Assembly: GCA_016186625.1 (NCBI GenBank)
Contig: JACPLG010000008.1
Location: 16,071 to 80,070, forward strand
DNA length: 64,000 nt
From: Candidatus Levyibacteriota bacterium
Lineage (GTDB): Bacteria > Patescibacteriota > Microgenomatia > Levybacterales > UBA12049
Reading direction: 5' to 3'
Positions 1-8,630 of this stretch are shown one piece after another. The notes under the pieces are model-generated. The model was not told where the DNA came from. It saw only the letters and a list, made by a program, of their open reading frames with translations, and ran no database searches. How positions within the stretch are numbered: the first letter of the stretch is position 1; each line of letters opens with the position of its first letter. Made by a program: the position numbers and the translations under genes.

Positions 1-103
1 TCGGCTTGCCTGCATCAATTGCCGATCCTCATGAAAATTTCACAAGCTCCCCGCGCCTATTTTTACTATTTACTATTTACTATTTACTATTTACTATGAA
101 TAT

Positions 104-1777
104 GTGGGTAGTTTCTACATTGATTTAACTATTGTTATCAGCTTGGCTGCATTTACCACAATAGTTTTTAGGTTTTTAAAACAGCCTCCAATTCTTGCAT
201 ATATTTTAACAGGTGTGGTTTTGGGACCGCTTGCCCTAATTCACATCAACGACGCTGAGGCTATGAGATCGTTAGCGGAAATTGGAATAACTTTGCTTCT
301 TTTTATGCTGGGATTGGAGCTGCGGTTTTCGGAATTAAAATCTGTAGGAAAGATCTCTATCATTACAGGAATTGGGCAAATCGTTTTTACTACCATTATT
401 GGGTTTTTGATCGCAACTTTTCTTGGATTTTCCCAAATAGCATCATTTTACATTGCAATAGCTCTCACTTTTTCAAGCACAATTATTATAGTTAAGCTTT
501 TGTCGGACAAGAGGGACCTAAACAGCCTTTATGGAAAAATTTCAGTAGGGTTTTTACTTGTACAGGATTTCGTTGCCATAATTGCTCTTATTTTTCTTTC
601 CGGATTTAGCGCAGAAAGCAATGTTTCGTACAATGACTTTCTTATTATAATACTTAAGGCTGTGGTTCTTTTTGGATGGGTAATTCTCCTTTCAAAAAAA
701 TTACTGCCGTATCTCATAAATAAGATTGCCCATTCCTCAGAAACCCTCTTTTTATTCTCTCTTGCGTGGGCTTTTGGAATTGCGGCAGTTGTTAGCTCTC
801 CCTCAATCGGTTTCTCTATTGAAATTGGCGGATTTTTAGCAGGGCTTGCACTTGCAAATTCTTATGAAAGTTATCAAATTATCACTAAAATAAGACCTCT
901 AAGGGATTTTTTTATAACAATATTCTTCGTGACACTTGGGATGGGACTTCTCTTATCTGATTTTTCAACGATTCTTGTCCCAGGCATTATATTGTCTCTT
1001 TTCGTACTAATCGGAAACCCGATAATTGTAATGGTACTTATGGGATTTTTGGGCTATAAAAAAAGAACAGGTTTTCTTGCAGGGCTAACAGTTGCCCAGA
1101 TATCCGAATTTTCGCTAATCGTTATGTTTATGGGGAATAGGATTGGGCATGTTTCGGACCAACACGTGGCATTAATCACTTTTGTGGGAGCCGTAACATT
1201 TGTTATGTCAACATACATGATTCTTAACGGAAATCTGCTTTATAAAATTTTCTCACCATATCTAGATATTTTTGAACGAGAGGACGTTAGGGAGAAAAAC
1301 TTAAAAACTAAAGATTTTAAAAACCACGTCATTTTAGTCGGAGTAAGACGTATGGGGGAGGGAATACTTGAGGCGCTTCTTAAGAATAAAGAAGATTTCG
1401 TAGCGGTTGATTTTGACCCAGATGTTATTGAGAAGCTCAAAGAGAAGGGAATCGACTCATTCTTTGGAGATATTGCAGATTCAGAAATCCAGGAACTAGT
1501 ATCATTAGATAAGGCAAGACTTGTTATTTCTACGGTGTCAGACATTGAGGACAATCTTATTCTTCTTCAGAATATTAGAAAACTTACCAAAAAGCCAAAA
1601 ACAGTAATGCTTGCTCTTGAAAAGCATGAAGCGCAAGAACTCTATTCCCAAGGGGCTGACTATGTTGTTGTTCCTCATATTGCAGGCGGTCACCATCTGG
1701 CAAAGATTTTAGTTGATGAAGACCACATGGAACTAATTGAAAAATATGCAGCCAGGGAGAAAGAATACATAAATTAA
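104..1777 (+). CDS. Monovalent cation:proton antiporter (CPA2, KefB-like) fused to a C-terminal TrkA-N/RCK NAD-binding domain. The ORF starts at GTG 104, so the start is uncertain.
   Basis: There are about 11 N-terminal TM helices carrying the Na+/H+-exchanger signature (ILTGVVLGPLAL...LAEIGITLLLFMLGLEL). The C-terminal domain has an 'ILVGVRRMGEGILEAL' Rossmann motif typical of TrkA-N. Confidence 0.8.
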   Translation: MGSFYIDLTIVISLAAFTTIVFRFLKQPPILAYILTGVVLGPLALIHINDAEAMRSLAEIGITLLLFMLGLELRFSELKSVGKISIITGIGQIVFTTIIGFLIATFLGFSQIASFYIAIALTFSSTIIIVKLLSDKRDLNSLYGKISVGFLLVQDFVAIIALIFLSGFSAESNVSYNDFLIIILKAVVLFGWVILLSKKLLPYLINKIAHSSETLFLFSLAWAFGIAAVVSSPSIGFSIEIGGFLAGLALANSYESYQIITKIRPLRDFFITIFFVTLGMGLLLSDFSTILVPGIILSLFVLIGNPIIVMVLMGFLGYKKRTGFLAGLTVAQISEFSLIVMFMGNRIGHVSDQHVALITFVGAVTFVMSTYMILNGNLLYKIFSPYLDIFEREDVREKNLKTKDFKNHVILVGVRRMGEGILEALLKNKEDFVAVDFDPDVIEKLKEKGIDSFFGDIADSEIQELVSLDKARLVISTVSDIEDNLILLQNIRKLTKKPKTVMLALEKHEAQELYSQGADYVVVPHIAGGHHLAKILVDEDHMELIEKYAAREKEYIN

Positions 1778-1805
1778 TTAAAAATTAAAAGTTAAAAATT
1801 AAAAT

Positions 1806-2711
1806 TTATTGTTCGGTTGTTTTCAGTAGTTCTTGGGTTCGATTTACAACTTCGTCTAGCTCTCCATCGAGAATTGCCTCTAAATTGTGCCAGGATTTAT
1901 TAATCCTGTGATCCGTAAGTCTGTCCTGCGGGAAATTATAAGTTCTAATTTTCTCCGCTCTCATACCTCTTCCTACTTGAGTAGATTTTAGCGATGAGAT
2001 TTCTTTGTGTTGTTTCTCAACTTCCATTTCCCAGAGCTTGGCACGAAGCATATTCATTGCAATTTCTCTATTTTGCGCCTGAAATCTTTCGGTTTGAGCG
2101 GTAACAACAATACCGGTTGGAATATGCCTAAGACGCACTGCAGTTGAAACTTTATTTACATTTTGCCCTCCGTGCCCACCTGATCTAAAAGCCTCAAACT
2201 CAACATCGTCGGGCGCTATATGAAGATCAATATCCTCAAGCTCAGGAAGTACTGAGACTGTTGCGGTTGAAGTATGGACTCTCCCTCTTTTTTCTGTTTC
2301 TGGAATTCGTTGGACTCTATGTACGCCTGCTTCGTATTTGAAAATACCGAAAGGGTTTTTATTTTTTAGACTTCCTGAGATTCTCAAAACCCTCTCGTCA
2401 ACTTGTTCTGTTTTTAAGCCAACTTTTTCAGTGTAACGTTTGTACATCCTGAGTAAGTCCTCGGCCCAAAGCTTAGCTTCTTCTCCTCCTGCGGCGCCTG
2501 AAACTTGAAGAATAATGTTTCGTTCATCAAGAGAGGCTTCTTCAGTATTTTTTTCATTATTAAAATTACCCAATATCAACTCTTTTTGTTTATTTAACTC
2601 GGCAAGCTCAATCTCTGCCATTTCTTTGAGGTCCGGGTCCGTCAGAAGCTCTGAAGTCTGTTCAATTTTCCTATCAAGATCATCGATTAACGCTTTTCTG
2701 TAATTATCCAT
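1806..2711 (-). CDS. prfA: Peptide chain release factor 1
   Basis: GGQ motif region ([27 protein letters not shown]). RF1-type tripeptide region with [29 protein letters not shown] (PxT class, not the SPF of RF2). [16 protein letters not shown] near the C-terminus. Confidence 0.85.
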   Translation of the reverse strand: MDNYRKALIDDLDRKIEQTSELLTDPDLKEMAEIELAELNKQKELILGNFNNEKNTEEASLDERNIILQVSGAAGGEEAKLWAEDLLRMYKRYTEKVGLKTEQVDERVLRISGSLKNKNPFGIFKYEAGVHRVQRIPETEKRGRVHTSTATVSVLPELEDIDLHIAPDDVEFEAFRSGGHGGQNVNKVSTAVRLRHIPTGIVVTAQTERFQAQNREIAMNMLRAKLWEMEVEKQHKEISSLKSTQVGRGMRAEKIRTYNFPQDRLTDHRINKSWHNLEAILDGELDEVVNRTQELLKTTEQ

Positions 2712-2723
2712 GAGGAAGTCTAG

Positions 2724-3023
2724 CTAACTTACTTGCGAGAGCATTTCGCGGAGTGTTTTTGGAGCCTCTGAAAGCCCTGCCTCTTTTTCTTTTTTCTGTT
2801 TTTTTACAACCTGGTATTTCTTGGCAGCTTCCGTTCTGTTTTGGAATTTTTGAATTCGACTCGCAGAATCTACAAACTTTTGCTCACCAGTATAGAATGG
2901 GTGGCAGTTGCTACAAAGCTCCACGTGAATTACTTCTCGGGTTGAGCCGGTTGTAAATCTGTTTCCGCAGTTACAAATAACCTGAGCATTTTCAAAATAT
3001 TGTGGGTGAACTCCTTGTTTCAT
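2724..3023 (-). CDS. rpmE: 50S ribosomal protein L31 with a C-terminal Lys-rich extension
   Basis: MKQGVHPQY...CNCGN...[10 protein letters not shown] is the classic L31 zinc-ribbon signature. Confidence 0.85.
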   Translation of the reverse strand: MKQGVHPQYFENAQVICNCGNRFTTGSTREVIHVELCSNCHPFYTGEQKFVDSASRIQKFQNRTEAAKKYQVVKKQKKEKEAGLSEAPKTLREMLSQVS

Positions 3024-3079
3024 ATTCTGATTATAGCTTAATCCGAGCCTAAAAACAAGGAGCGTGGTATAATTTTTGA

Positions 3080-3664
3080 GTGAACGAGCAGGACGTCATC
3101 GATTTAATCAGAAAAGATAAATGGATGATGGATGTTTTGAGGGCTGTAGAGAAATTAAATCTTCCTGACTGGTGGATTGGTGCAGGATTTGTCCGCTCAA
3201 AAGTTTGGGACTACTCTCACAAATATAAAAAAAGAACACCGCTTCCGGATGTTGATTTAATTTATTTTGATCCAAATGATTTTTCAGAAAAAGAAGCAAA
3301 TTCTTTTAGCACAAAGGCTGAGAATAGATTTCAAAAAATTTTAAATAAACAAAAAGAGCTTTGTGTAAAATGGTCAGTTACAAATCAAGCCAGAATGCAC
3401 CTTTATCATCACCGGCTGCCTTACAAAAACTCTCAGGAGGCGCTTTCAGAATGGGCAGAGACAGCAACCTGTATTGGAGTTCGATTAAAGAATGGGAAAC
3501 TAGAGCTTGCGGCCCCACATGGTATAGGAGATTTAGTGAATTTAAAAGTCAGACGAATTCCTAATTATAAAAACAAATATAGATTTGATCCAATGGTTTT
3601 TGAGAGACGAGTTAAAGAAAAGAGATGGCTTGAAAAATGGCCAAGGTTAAAGATTGCTTTTTAA
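3080..3664 (+). CDS. Nucleotidyltransferase-family protein (PF06042-like)
   Basis: The [15 protein letters not shown]...DVDLIYFD motif resembles the nucleotidyltransferase (NTP_transf_6) family. The match is by recall only. Confidence 0.4.
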   Translation: MNEQDVIDLIRKDKWMMDVLRAVEKLNLPDWWIGAGFVRSKVWDYSHKYKKRTPLPDVDLIYFDPNDFSEKEANSFSTKAENRFQKILNKQKELCVKWSVTNQARMHLYHHRLPYKNSQEALSEWAETATCIGVRLKNGKLELAAPHGIGDLVNLKVRRIPNYKNKYRFDPMVFERRVKEKRWLEKWPRLKIAF

Positions 3665-4594
3665 TTTTTGCAGTGGGTGATAGGGAATTCTTCCCTCCGC
3701 TATGAAAATTCCAAAAAACACGAGTATTGTTGCTGCAATATAGACAGGAGTTATTGATTCGCCAAGAAGAGGGACTGCAACAACAATTGTTGCCACAGGA
3801 TCAACATAGCTAAAAATTCCAACCTCGGAGGCTTTAATATATTTGACTCCATAAGTCCATAAATAGTGAGCAAGAACTGCTGCAAAAATTACTCCATAAA
3901 AAAGGCCAATAAATCCTTGGATATTAATATCTTGAACAAAATTAAATGTTTGGGCTTCAATAAGTACCAAGGGAATAATTGGTATGACCCCTATTAAAAA
4001 CATCCAAAAAGTAATAGTTAAGGGATCATTATTGACAGTAATTTTTTTAAGAAGAAGAGCTTGAGCAACACTGCAGAGAGTTGCCCCAAAAATTAAAAAA
4101 TTCCCCAAAACTCCCCCTGTGAGCCCACCCGTTTCGATTATTGGTCTAAGAATAATTGCCAAAACACCAATAAGACTAATAAGTGTTCCTGCTAAAACTT
4201 TTAATCTTAGTTTTTCATTAAGAAAAATAATAGATGCAATAATAAGAATTATAGGGCCAGATGCTATGATAATTGGTGCATTAATACTAGGGGAGAGCTT
4301 AAGCCCAAAAAATATAAGAGGAATTTGAATTGTGACGCCAATTATTGAGACTAAGATTAATTTTGGAATATCAGTCTTCGTAATTTTTAGAGATTTAAAT
4401 ATGAATGGAAGAATAAGCAGTGCTCCTCCAAAAAATCTAATAAATACAAATGTAAAAGTAGGGATAACTTCAAGGGTCCATTTAAAAATAGGAAATGCCG
4501 CGCCCCAAATAATATTGGCAAGAATTAAGGCAAGAATTGAAAGCTGGATTTTACCTAAAGACCCAAACATAGTTTGAATGGTTGCATGGTTCAA
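3647..4594 (-). CDS. DMT-superfamily (EamA-like) transporter
   Basis: 315 aa with about 10 TM helices in two repeated EamA-like halves. Confidence 0.65.
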   Translation of the reverse strand: MNHATIQTMFGSLGKIQLSILALILANIIWGAAFPIFKWTLEVIPTFTFVFIRFFGGALLILPFIFKSLKITKTDIPKLILVSIIGVTIQIPLIFFGLKLSPSINAPIIIASGPIILIIASIIFLNEKLRLKVLAGTLISLIGVLAIILRPIIETGGLTGGVLGNFLIFGATLCSVAQALLLKKITVNNDPLTITFWMFLIGVIPIIPLVLIEAQTFNFVQDINIQGFIGLFYGVIFAAVLAHYLWTYGVKYIKASEVGIFSYVDPVATIVVAVPLLGESITPVYIAATILVFFGIFIAEGRIPYHPLQKLKSNL

Positions 4595-4610
4595 TTGTTA
4601 GGCCAGTTAG

Positions 4611-5807
4611 CTATTTAACCATTTCAGCTATTTCATCTATTTCGCCCTTTTTTTGTTCTCCTGTTGTCATGTCTTTTAATTCTAGTTTATCACCCTTCAC
4701 AATTAAAACAAACGGGATTTTCCTTTTGTCAGCATATCGGAGCTGCCTGTCCAGCGGTTTTTCGTCAACAAAGAGTTCTACATTTAGATCTTTGGCTCTT
4801 AGTTCGATTGCAACTTGAGCCGATCGAGGACTGGTGTTTGTTACTAAGACTTTTGTACCACCTAGATTTTCTGGGAACAAATCTAGTTCTGCCATTGCCT
4901 CAATAACTCGATCAAATCCGAAAGAGAAGCCGACTGCAGGAATCTTGTTTCCTGAAAAAATTCCGATTAAATCATCATATCTTCCTCCGCCACCCAAAGA
5001 ACCGGCAGGATAATCCTCGCTTGCTATTTCGAAAATTAAACCAGTGTAGTAGTCCAATCCTCTTGCCAGTTTCGGATCGAACTCTAAATAATCTTCATTT
5101 ATACCAAACTTACTTATATAAGAAGCGACTTTAAAGAAAGATTCTGTTTTTTTCTGACTGTTAATCTTTTGTAAGACATTGTTGGCTGCTTTCATTCCCA
5201 TGACGGTAGAAAGCTCATCTAAAACTTTTTCTTCGCCAACTTTTTCAATTTTGTCAATAGCGCGAGCAATAACTTTTCCTTCCTTATCTGAAAATAAATT
5301 GGAAAACACTGACCGATCATTTATTTTTACATTAAAATTCTTGAATCCTAATTTTTCAAAAGACTTAACAGCAACTGCAATTATTTCTGCATCGGCAAGT
5401 AGGGAAGGGGAGCCGACGGTGTCGATATCAACTTGGAGGAATTCTCTGAAACGGCCTTTTTGAGTATTTTCTGCGCGGTAGACGTTTTGGATTTGATAGC
5501 GTTTGAAGGGAAGAGGGAGGTCGTTTGCATACTGGGCAACAACTCGGGCCAAAGGAACTGTTTGATCGTAGCGCATTGCAACTTTTCTTCCGCCATTATC
5601 GGTAAAGCGATACATTAATTTATCGCCTTCATCCCCATATTTCCCCGCGAGGATATCCTCGTATTCTAAAACAGGAGTTTCAAGTGGCTCAAAGCCATAG
5701 GACTCAAACACTTTTTTCAAAGTGTCCAAAACATAATTTCTTTTCCGCGCTTCTTTTGGTAAAAAATCACGAAAACCTTTTAGTGTTTTAGGTTGAATAG
5801 TTGACAT
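4611..5807 (-). CDS. hisS: Histidine--tRNA ligase
   Basis: Class II aaRS motifs and HisRS-specific regions (GDKLMYRFTDNGGRKVAMRYDQTVPLARV; GGGGRYDDL). Confidence 0.9.
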   Translation of the reverse strand: MSTIQPKTLKGFRDFLPKEARKRNYVLDTLKKVFESYGFEPLETPVLEYEDILAGKYGDEGDKLMYRFTDNGGRKVAMRYDQTVPLARVVAQYANDLPLPFKRYQIQNVYRAENTQKGRFREFLQVDIDTVGSPSLLADAEIIAVAVKSFEKLGFKNFNVKINDRSVFSNLFSDKEGKVIARAIDKIEKVGEEKVLDELSTVMGMKAANNVLQKINSQKKTESFFKVASYISKFGINEDYLEFDPKLARGLDYYTGLIFEIASEDYPAGSLGGGGRYDDLIGIFSGNKIPAVGFSFGFDRVIEAMAELDLFPENLGGTKVLVTNTSPRSAQVAIELRAKDLNVELFVDEKPLDRQLRYADKRKIPFVLIVKGDKLELKDMTTGEQKKGEIDEIAEMVK

Positions 5808-5872
5808 ATATCATCTTCTTTGTTATATTATATATAACGAACTTCCCCCCGAGCAATCGGGGGTGATTTTTA

Positions 5873-6409
5873 TTAGGCCTCTTTTTTTACTTCTTCCTTG
5901 ATTTTCTCCAAGGGTAAATACCTGCTCGCACATTTTATTAATTCTTGAGCTACGTGGCCGCGCGCAGATACAATAATTATCTTTTTTTGTTCGGATTTCA
6001 AATATTCTACCGCCGGTTCAAAATCACTATCTCCACTGGCCAAGACCGCGACATCAAACTCTTTTACTTTCAGAACAATATCAATTGCCAACTTTACGTC
6101 AAAATTTCCTTTATGAACTGTAGTTTTATTTCTTTTATCGTGAATAACTTTCACTTCACGAGTTATCACATCATAACCTATTTTCTTTAAGGCTTTGAAA
6201 AAATCCAGCTGCTTTTTATTAGTTGAGATAACTGCTGTGTAAAAATAAGCACCCGTTATTATGCCCTGATTGCCCCAGTAATCAAGAAATTTCTTATAAT
6301 CTAATCTCCAGCCAAGTGATTTTTGAGAATAGAAAATATTTGCCGCGTCAATAAAAATCGCTATCCTCTTTCTCCTCGTTCGTTTTTTAGTCTTCGTCGA
6401 ACTTCTCAT
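5873..6409 (-). CDS. NYN/LabA-like (PIN-fold) domain protein
   Basis: IAIFIDAANIFY...VLASGDSDF is typical of NYN/LabA. Confidence 0.7.
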   Translation of the reverse strand: MRSSTKTKKRTRRKRIAIFIDAANIFYSQKSLGWRLDYKKFLDYWGNQGIITGAYFYTAVISTNKKQLDFFKALKKIGYDVITREVKVIHDKRNKTTVHKGNFDVKLAIDIVLKVKEFDVAVLASGDSDFEPAVEYLKSEQKKIIIVSARGHVAQELIKCASRYLPLEKIKEEVKKEA

Positions 6410-6459
6410 CTTGGCAAAAAGTCTCGAAAACCTTTTAGTGTTTTTGGCTCAATTTTCAT
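6406..6459 (-). CDS. 17-codon upstream ORF (MKIEPKTLKGFRDFLPR). It is a diverged duplicate of the first 17 codons of hisS and overlaps the NYN start in an ATGA arrangement.
   Basis: A 20-nt identity (AAAACACTAAAAGGTTTTCG) to the hisS 5' end. The peptide PKTLKGFRDFLP is conserved through synonymous changes. The stop/start overlap suggests translational coupling. Confidence 0.35.
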   Translation of the reverse strand: MKIEPKTLKGFRDFLPR

Positions 6460-6488
6460 ATTCTTAATCATAGCATATATTTTTTGCA

Positions 6489-6600
6489 CAAAAAAAACCG
6501 CCTTGCGGCGGTTGCTTACTTGTTTGAAAGCTAAATACTAAGCACAAGAATCACATCCGCCTTTGAGACGAACATGATACCAATATGTTGAAATTAAAGT
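6489..6600 (-). ncRNA. Candidate small RNA or small-protein transcript of about 110 nt, with its own sigma70-like promoter and an intrinsic terminator
   Basis: Minus-strand TTGACA-N17-GATAAT at about 6640–6605. The terminator is GCAACCGCCGCAAGGCGGUUUUUUUU, ending near 6489. The transcript contains a possible 22-codon ORF (MKTLISTYWYHVRLKGGCDSCA). Confidence 0.3.
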
Positions 6601-6695
6601 TTTCATTCGCTTATTATCTCAAAAGCCTCAGCTTTTGTCAAAAATTTTGAGAATTATATTGGTTTAGCTTGCTAAATACAAATTTCCAAACAAAA

Positions 6696-6992
6696 TTAAT
6701 ATATCCAGAATATCGTAACCTCAGAACTCTCTGATGGATTTGGCGTTGGACGGCTTGCCCGTTGACGATTCAAATCCTCCCACTCAGCAAGAGCCCAAGC
6801 CGACAAAATAAGAGATAATCCCAATACTACAGTAGCTGCAGCAATTTCCCTTCGAGATGGATTTGGATTTACGAATGTTAATTTTTCTTCCCCTATTTTC
6901 TGAGAACCCGTTCCGATCTCTCCAGATATGTCAACAATTTGCTCTATTACTTCATTATTAATTCGTTCTGTTCCTGATGACATTATTCCCAC
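6696..6992 (-). CDS. Hypothetical small membrane protein. It overlaps the racemase start and is doubtful.
   Basis: An ORF with one predicted TM segment. No recognised domain. Confidence 0.25.
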   Translation of the reverse strand: MGIMSSGTERINNEVIEQIVDISGEIGTGSQKIGEEKLTFVNPNPSRREIAAATVVLGLSLILSAWALAEWEDLNRQRASRPTPNPSESSEVTIFWIY

Positions 6993-7695
6993 CTCCTTTC
7001 AAAATCTCTCTAACAGTAGCTTCTTCAAGGATTTGAGTTGTGTCTAAAACTCTTAGTTTGCTGTGTTTCTGAATAAGAAGCTGTAGATCAGTACATGCAA
7101 GTAATATGAAATCTGAAGGAAGCTTTTTTATGATTTTCTCCAAATCTTTTTTATCCTTTCGACCATGTGTTCTTTGAAGAATTCTGTTTATTATTTCCCC
7201 AATCTTATCTTGATCTTTCTTATCTGGGGTTCTTACTTTAATCCCAATTTCTTTAAGCTTAGAATCAAAAAGCTTATTTTTAATGGTGAAAGGCGTAGCC
7301 AAAAGACCAACATTTTTTGCCCTTTTCCTTTTAAGAAACATAACAGTTTCCTCAACAATACTTAAAACGGGAATATTAACGGCTTTTCTTATCTCATCAA
7401 TAAAAATATGCACGCTATTGCATGGGATAACTATAAAATCCGCTCCTCCTTTCTCTAAAACCTTAGCTGATTCAATAAGCCAGGAAAGGTATTTTTCCTT
7501 TCCTTTTGAATGCTTTATGAACTTTTCCTCTACTTCAAGCTCAACGGGAACATTTGTTATTAAGATTGATGGTCTACTTTTTTTATTTATTTTTGCACAC
7601 GATGATATAACTTCCATGTAGAAGTTAGCAGTAGTTTCTGGACCAAGCCCTCCAATAATTCCAAGCGTTTTCATATTATTTAGCTCTTCCATCAA
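6958..7695 (-). CDS. Asp/Glu/hydantoin racemase-family protein (aspartate racemase-like)
   Basis: The N-terminal LGIIGGLGPETTANFY and the later ...IVIPCNS.. / ...LLACTDL.. motifs are characteristic of the Asp/Glu racemase family. Confidence 0.7.
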   Translation of the reverse strand: MMEELNNMKTLGIIGGLGPETTANFYMEVISSCAKINKKSRPSILITNVPVELEVEEKFIKHSKGKEKYLSWLIESAKVLEKGGADFIVIPCNSVHIFIDEIRKAVNIPVLSIVEETVMFLKRKRAKNVGLLATPFTIKNKLFDSKLKEIGIKVRTPDKKDQDKIGEIINRILQRTHGRKDKKDLEKIIKKLPSDFILLACTDLQLLIQKHSKLRVLDTTQILEEATVREILKGGGNNVIRNRTN

Positions 7696-7836
7696 GTAAA
7701 GATCCGAAAGTAACTTCTGAAAGCACGCCTGAATCTTCTGCTAGAAGTAACATTAATCTTTCCAGATCTCTTCTGGCCCTTTTTAAATTCTCATCAGTAA
7801 AAGAATCTGCTCCTTTCCGCCTTGCATCCAGATCTA

Positions 7837-8616
7837 CTAGCAGCTCTCTACACATAATTCCCAGACTTTGATCAAGAGTCGGTTCTTGAACTTCTCCCGC
7901 TGGCACATATTGATAAATAAATTGGCTTGAGCACTTACTGTCGCTAAGCCCGATCCGCCATCTAAAGCTTCTTTAACTAAGCCTCTCACAGCTGAAAATT
8001 TTCTTTCAGAAGGAGGCATGGAATTTATTACAACTTCTGGAGGAGTTGTTAGAAATATAGAAGGATGATGTAAATCTGACCATCCAAAAGGATGATGTGC
8101 TGCATAAATCAGCGCATTTCTGGCTCCTTCCTCTCCGCCTCTTCGTCTTCCGCTTCCCGTTAATTTTTTTAATAGTTCCGGGTTGCAGTGGTCTGAAATT
8201 AAGCCAGATATTCCAGATAGAATTTCTAGAGCCTCATCTGTTATCTGCCCATCATCCTCAACAAAAAATGGAATTTCCGGAAAATGATTTTTAGCAAATA
8301 AGGCTAGGATTTCGCTTCCCCTAGTTATCTGCCATTGTGAGGCTTCCTCAGAAACCCCGTTTATATGTCGACTTATATTGATTGGTCTGAAAATTCTTAC
8401 AGTAGGAACTATAGCTCCTTCGGTTCTTTCTGCTATTAATTTAGCCAGCGAAAAAGTTGAAATGAAACCACTCAAAAATCGGGCAGGAAGTTGCCCTTCT
8501 TTATTTATTCCAAATACATTACTTACCCATAGCTCCTGGGTAGAATCTGGAATAACAATTTTCTCAGGATTTTTAAAATCCAAAAGTTCTGACTGTTCAA
8601 TTTCAATATCTCTCAT
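7837..8616 (-). CDS. Hypothetical protein under T-box control (ATG at 8616 with a GGAGG RBS). The ORF-track start at 8691 lies inside the riboswitch. The gene possibly continues to 7676 in another frame.
   Basis: The ATG at 8616 follows the T-box terminator and the RBS. No known domain was recognised. An overlapping 76-aa ORF (7676..7906) in the +1 frame looks protein-like. Confidence 0.5.
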   Translation of the reverse strand: MRDIEIEQSELLDFKNPEKIVIPDSTQELWVSNVFGINKEGQLPARFLSGFISTFSLAKLIAERTEGAIVPTVRIFRPINISRHINGVSEEASQWQITRGSEILALFAKNHFPEIPFFVEDDGQITDEALEILSGISGLISDHCNPELLKKLTGSGRRRGGEEGARNALIYAAHHPFGWSDLHHPSIFLTTPPEVVINSMPPSERKFSAVRGLVKEALDGGSGLATVSAQANLFINMCQREKFKNRLLIKVWELCVESC

Positions 8617-8630
8617 ATATTTCCTCCAAC

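Noticed and set aside
529-1554. Antisense ORFs inside the antiporter gene (529..717 and 1240..1554), plus similar internal or antisense ORFs. The others are at 2515..2703, 2753..2956, 3108..3299, 3361..3564, 4119..4818, 5179..5618, 5945..6190, 7165..7621, 8097..8704, 9280..9519, 10393..11098, 13447..13958, 16075..17115, 17394..17582, 18030..18299, 22700..23176, 26128..27105, 27390..27671, 27749..28395, 28781..29014, 32203..33286, 36397..36627, 37915..40039, 40478..42261, 43590..45444, 46255..46437, 48359..49227, 51178..51402, 52062..52833, 53465..54594, 55751..56424, 57534..58043, 60570..60803, 61830..62764 and 63292..63483
   Set aside because: They lie wholly within longer ORFs that have clear homology-type signatures, and they lack RBS or promoter context. 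They are spurious frames typical of an AT-rich genome.
1806-2711. Possible RF2 (prfB) with a programmed frameshift
   Set aside because: The sequence has the RF1-type PxT region (RIPETE) and RF1-like flanks, and is a single uninterrupted frame.
5837-5872. A plus-strand terminator-like hairpin (CCCCCGAGCAATCGGGGG + TGATTTTTATT) between two minus-strand genes
   Set aside because: No plus-strand gene ends here. It may terminate antisense transcription, or it may simply be a hairpin in the hisS promoter region. It is too uncertain to list as a feature.
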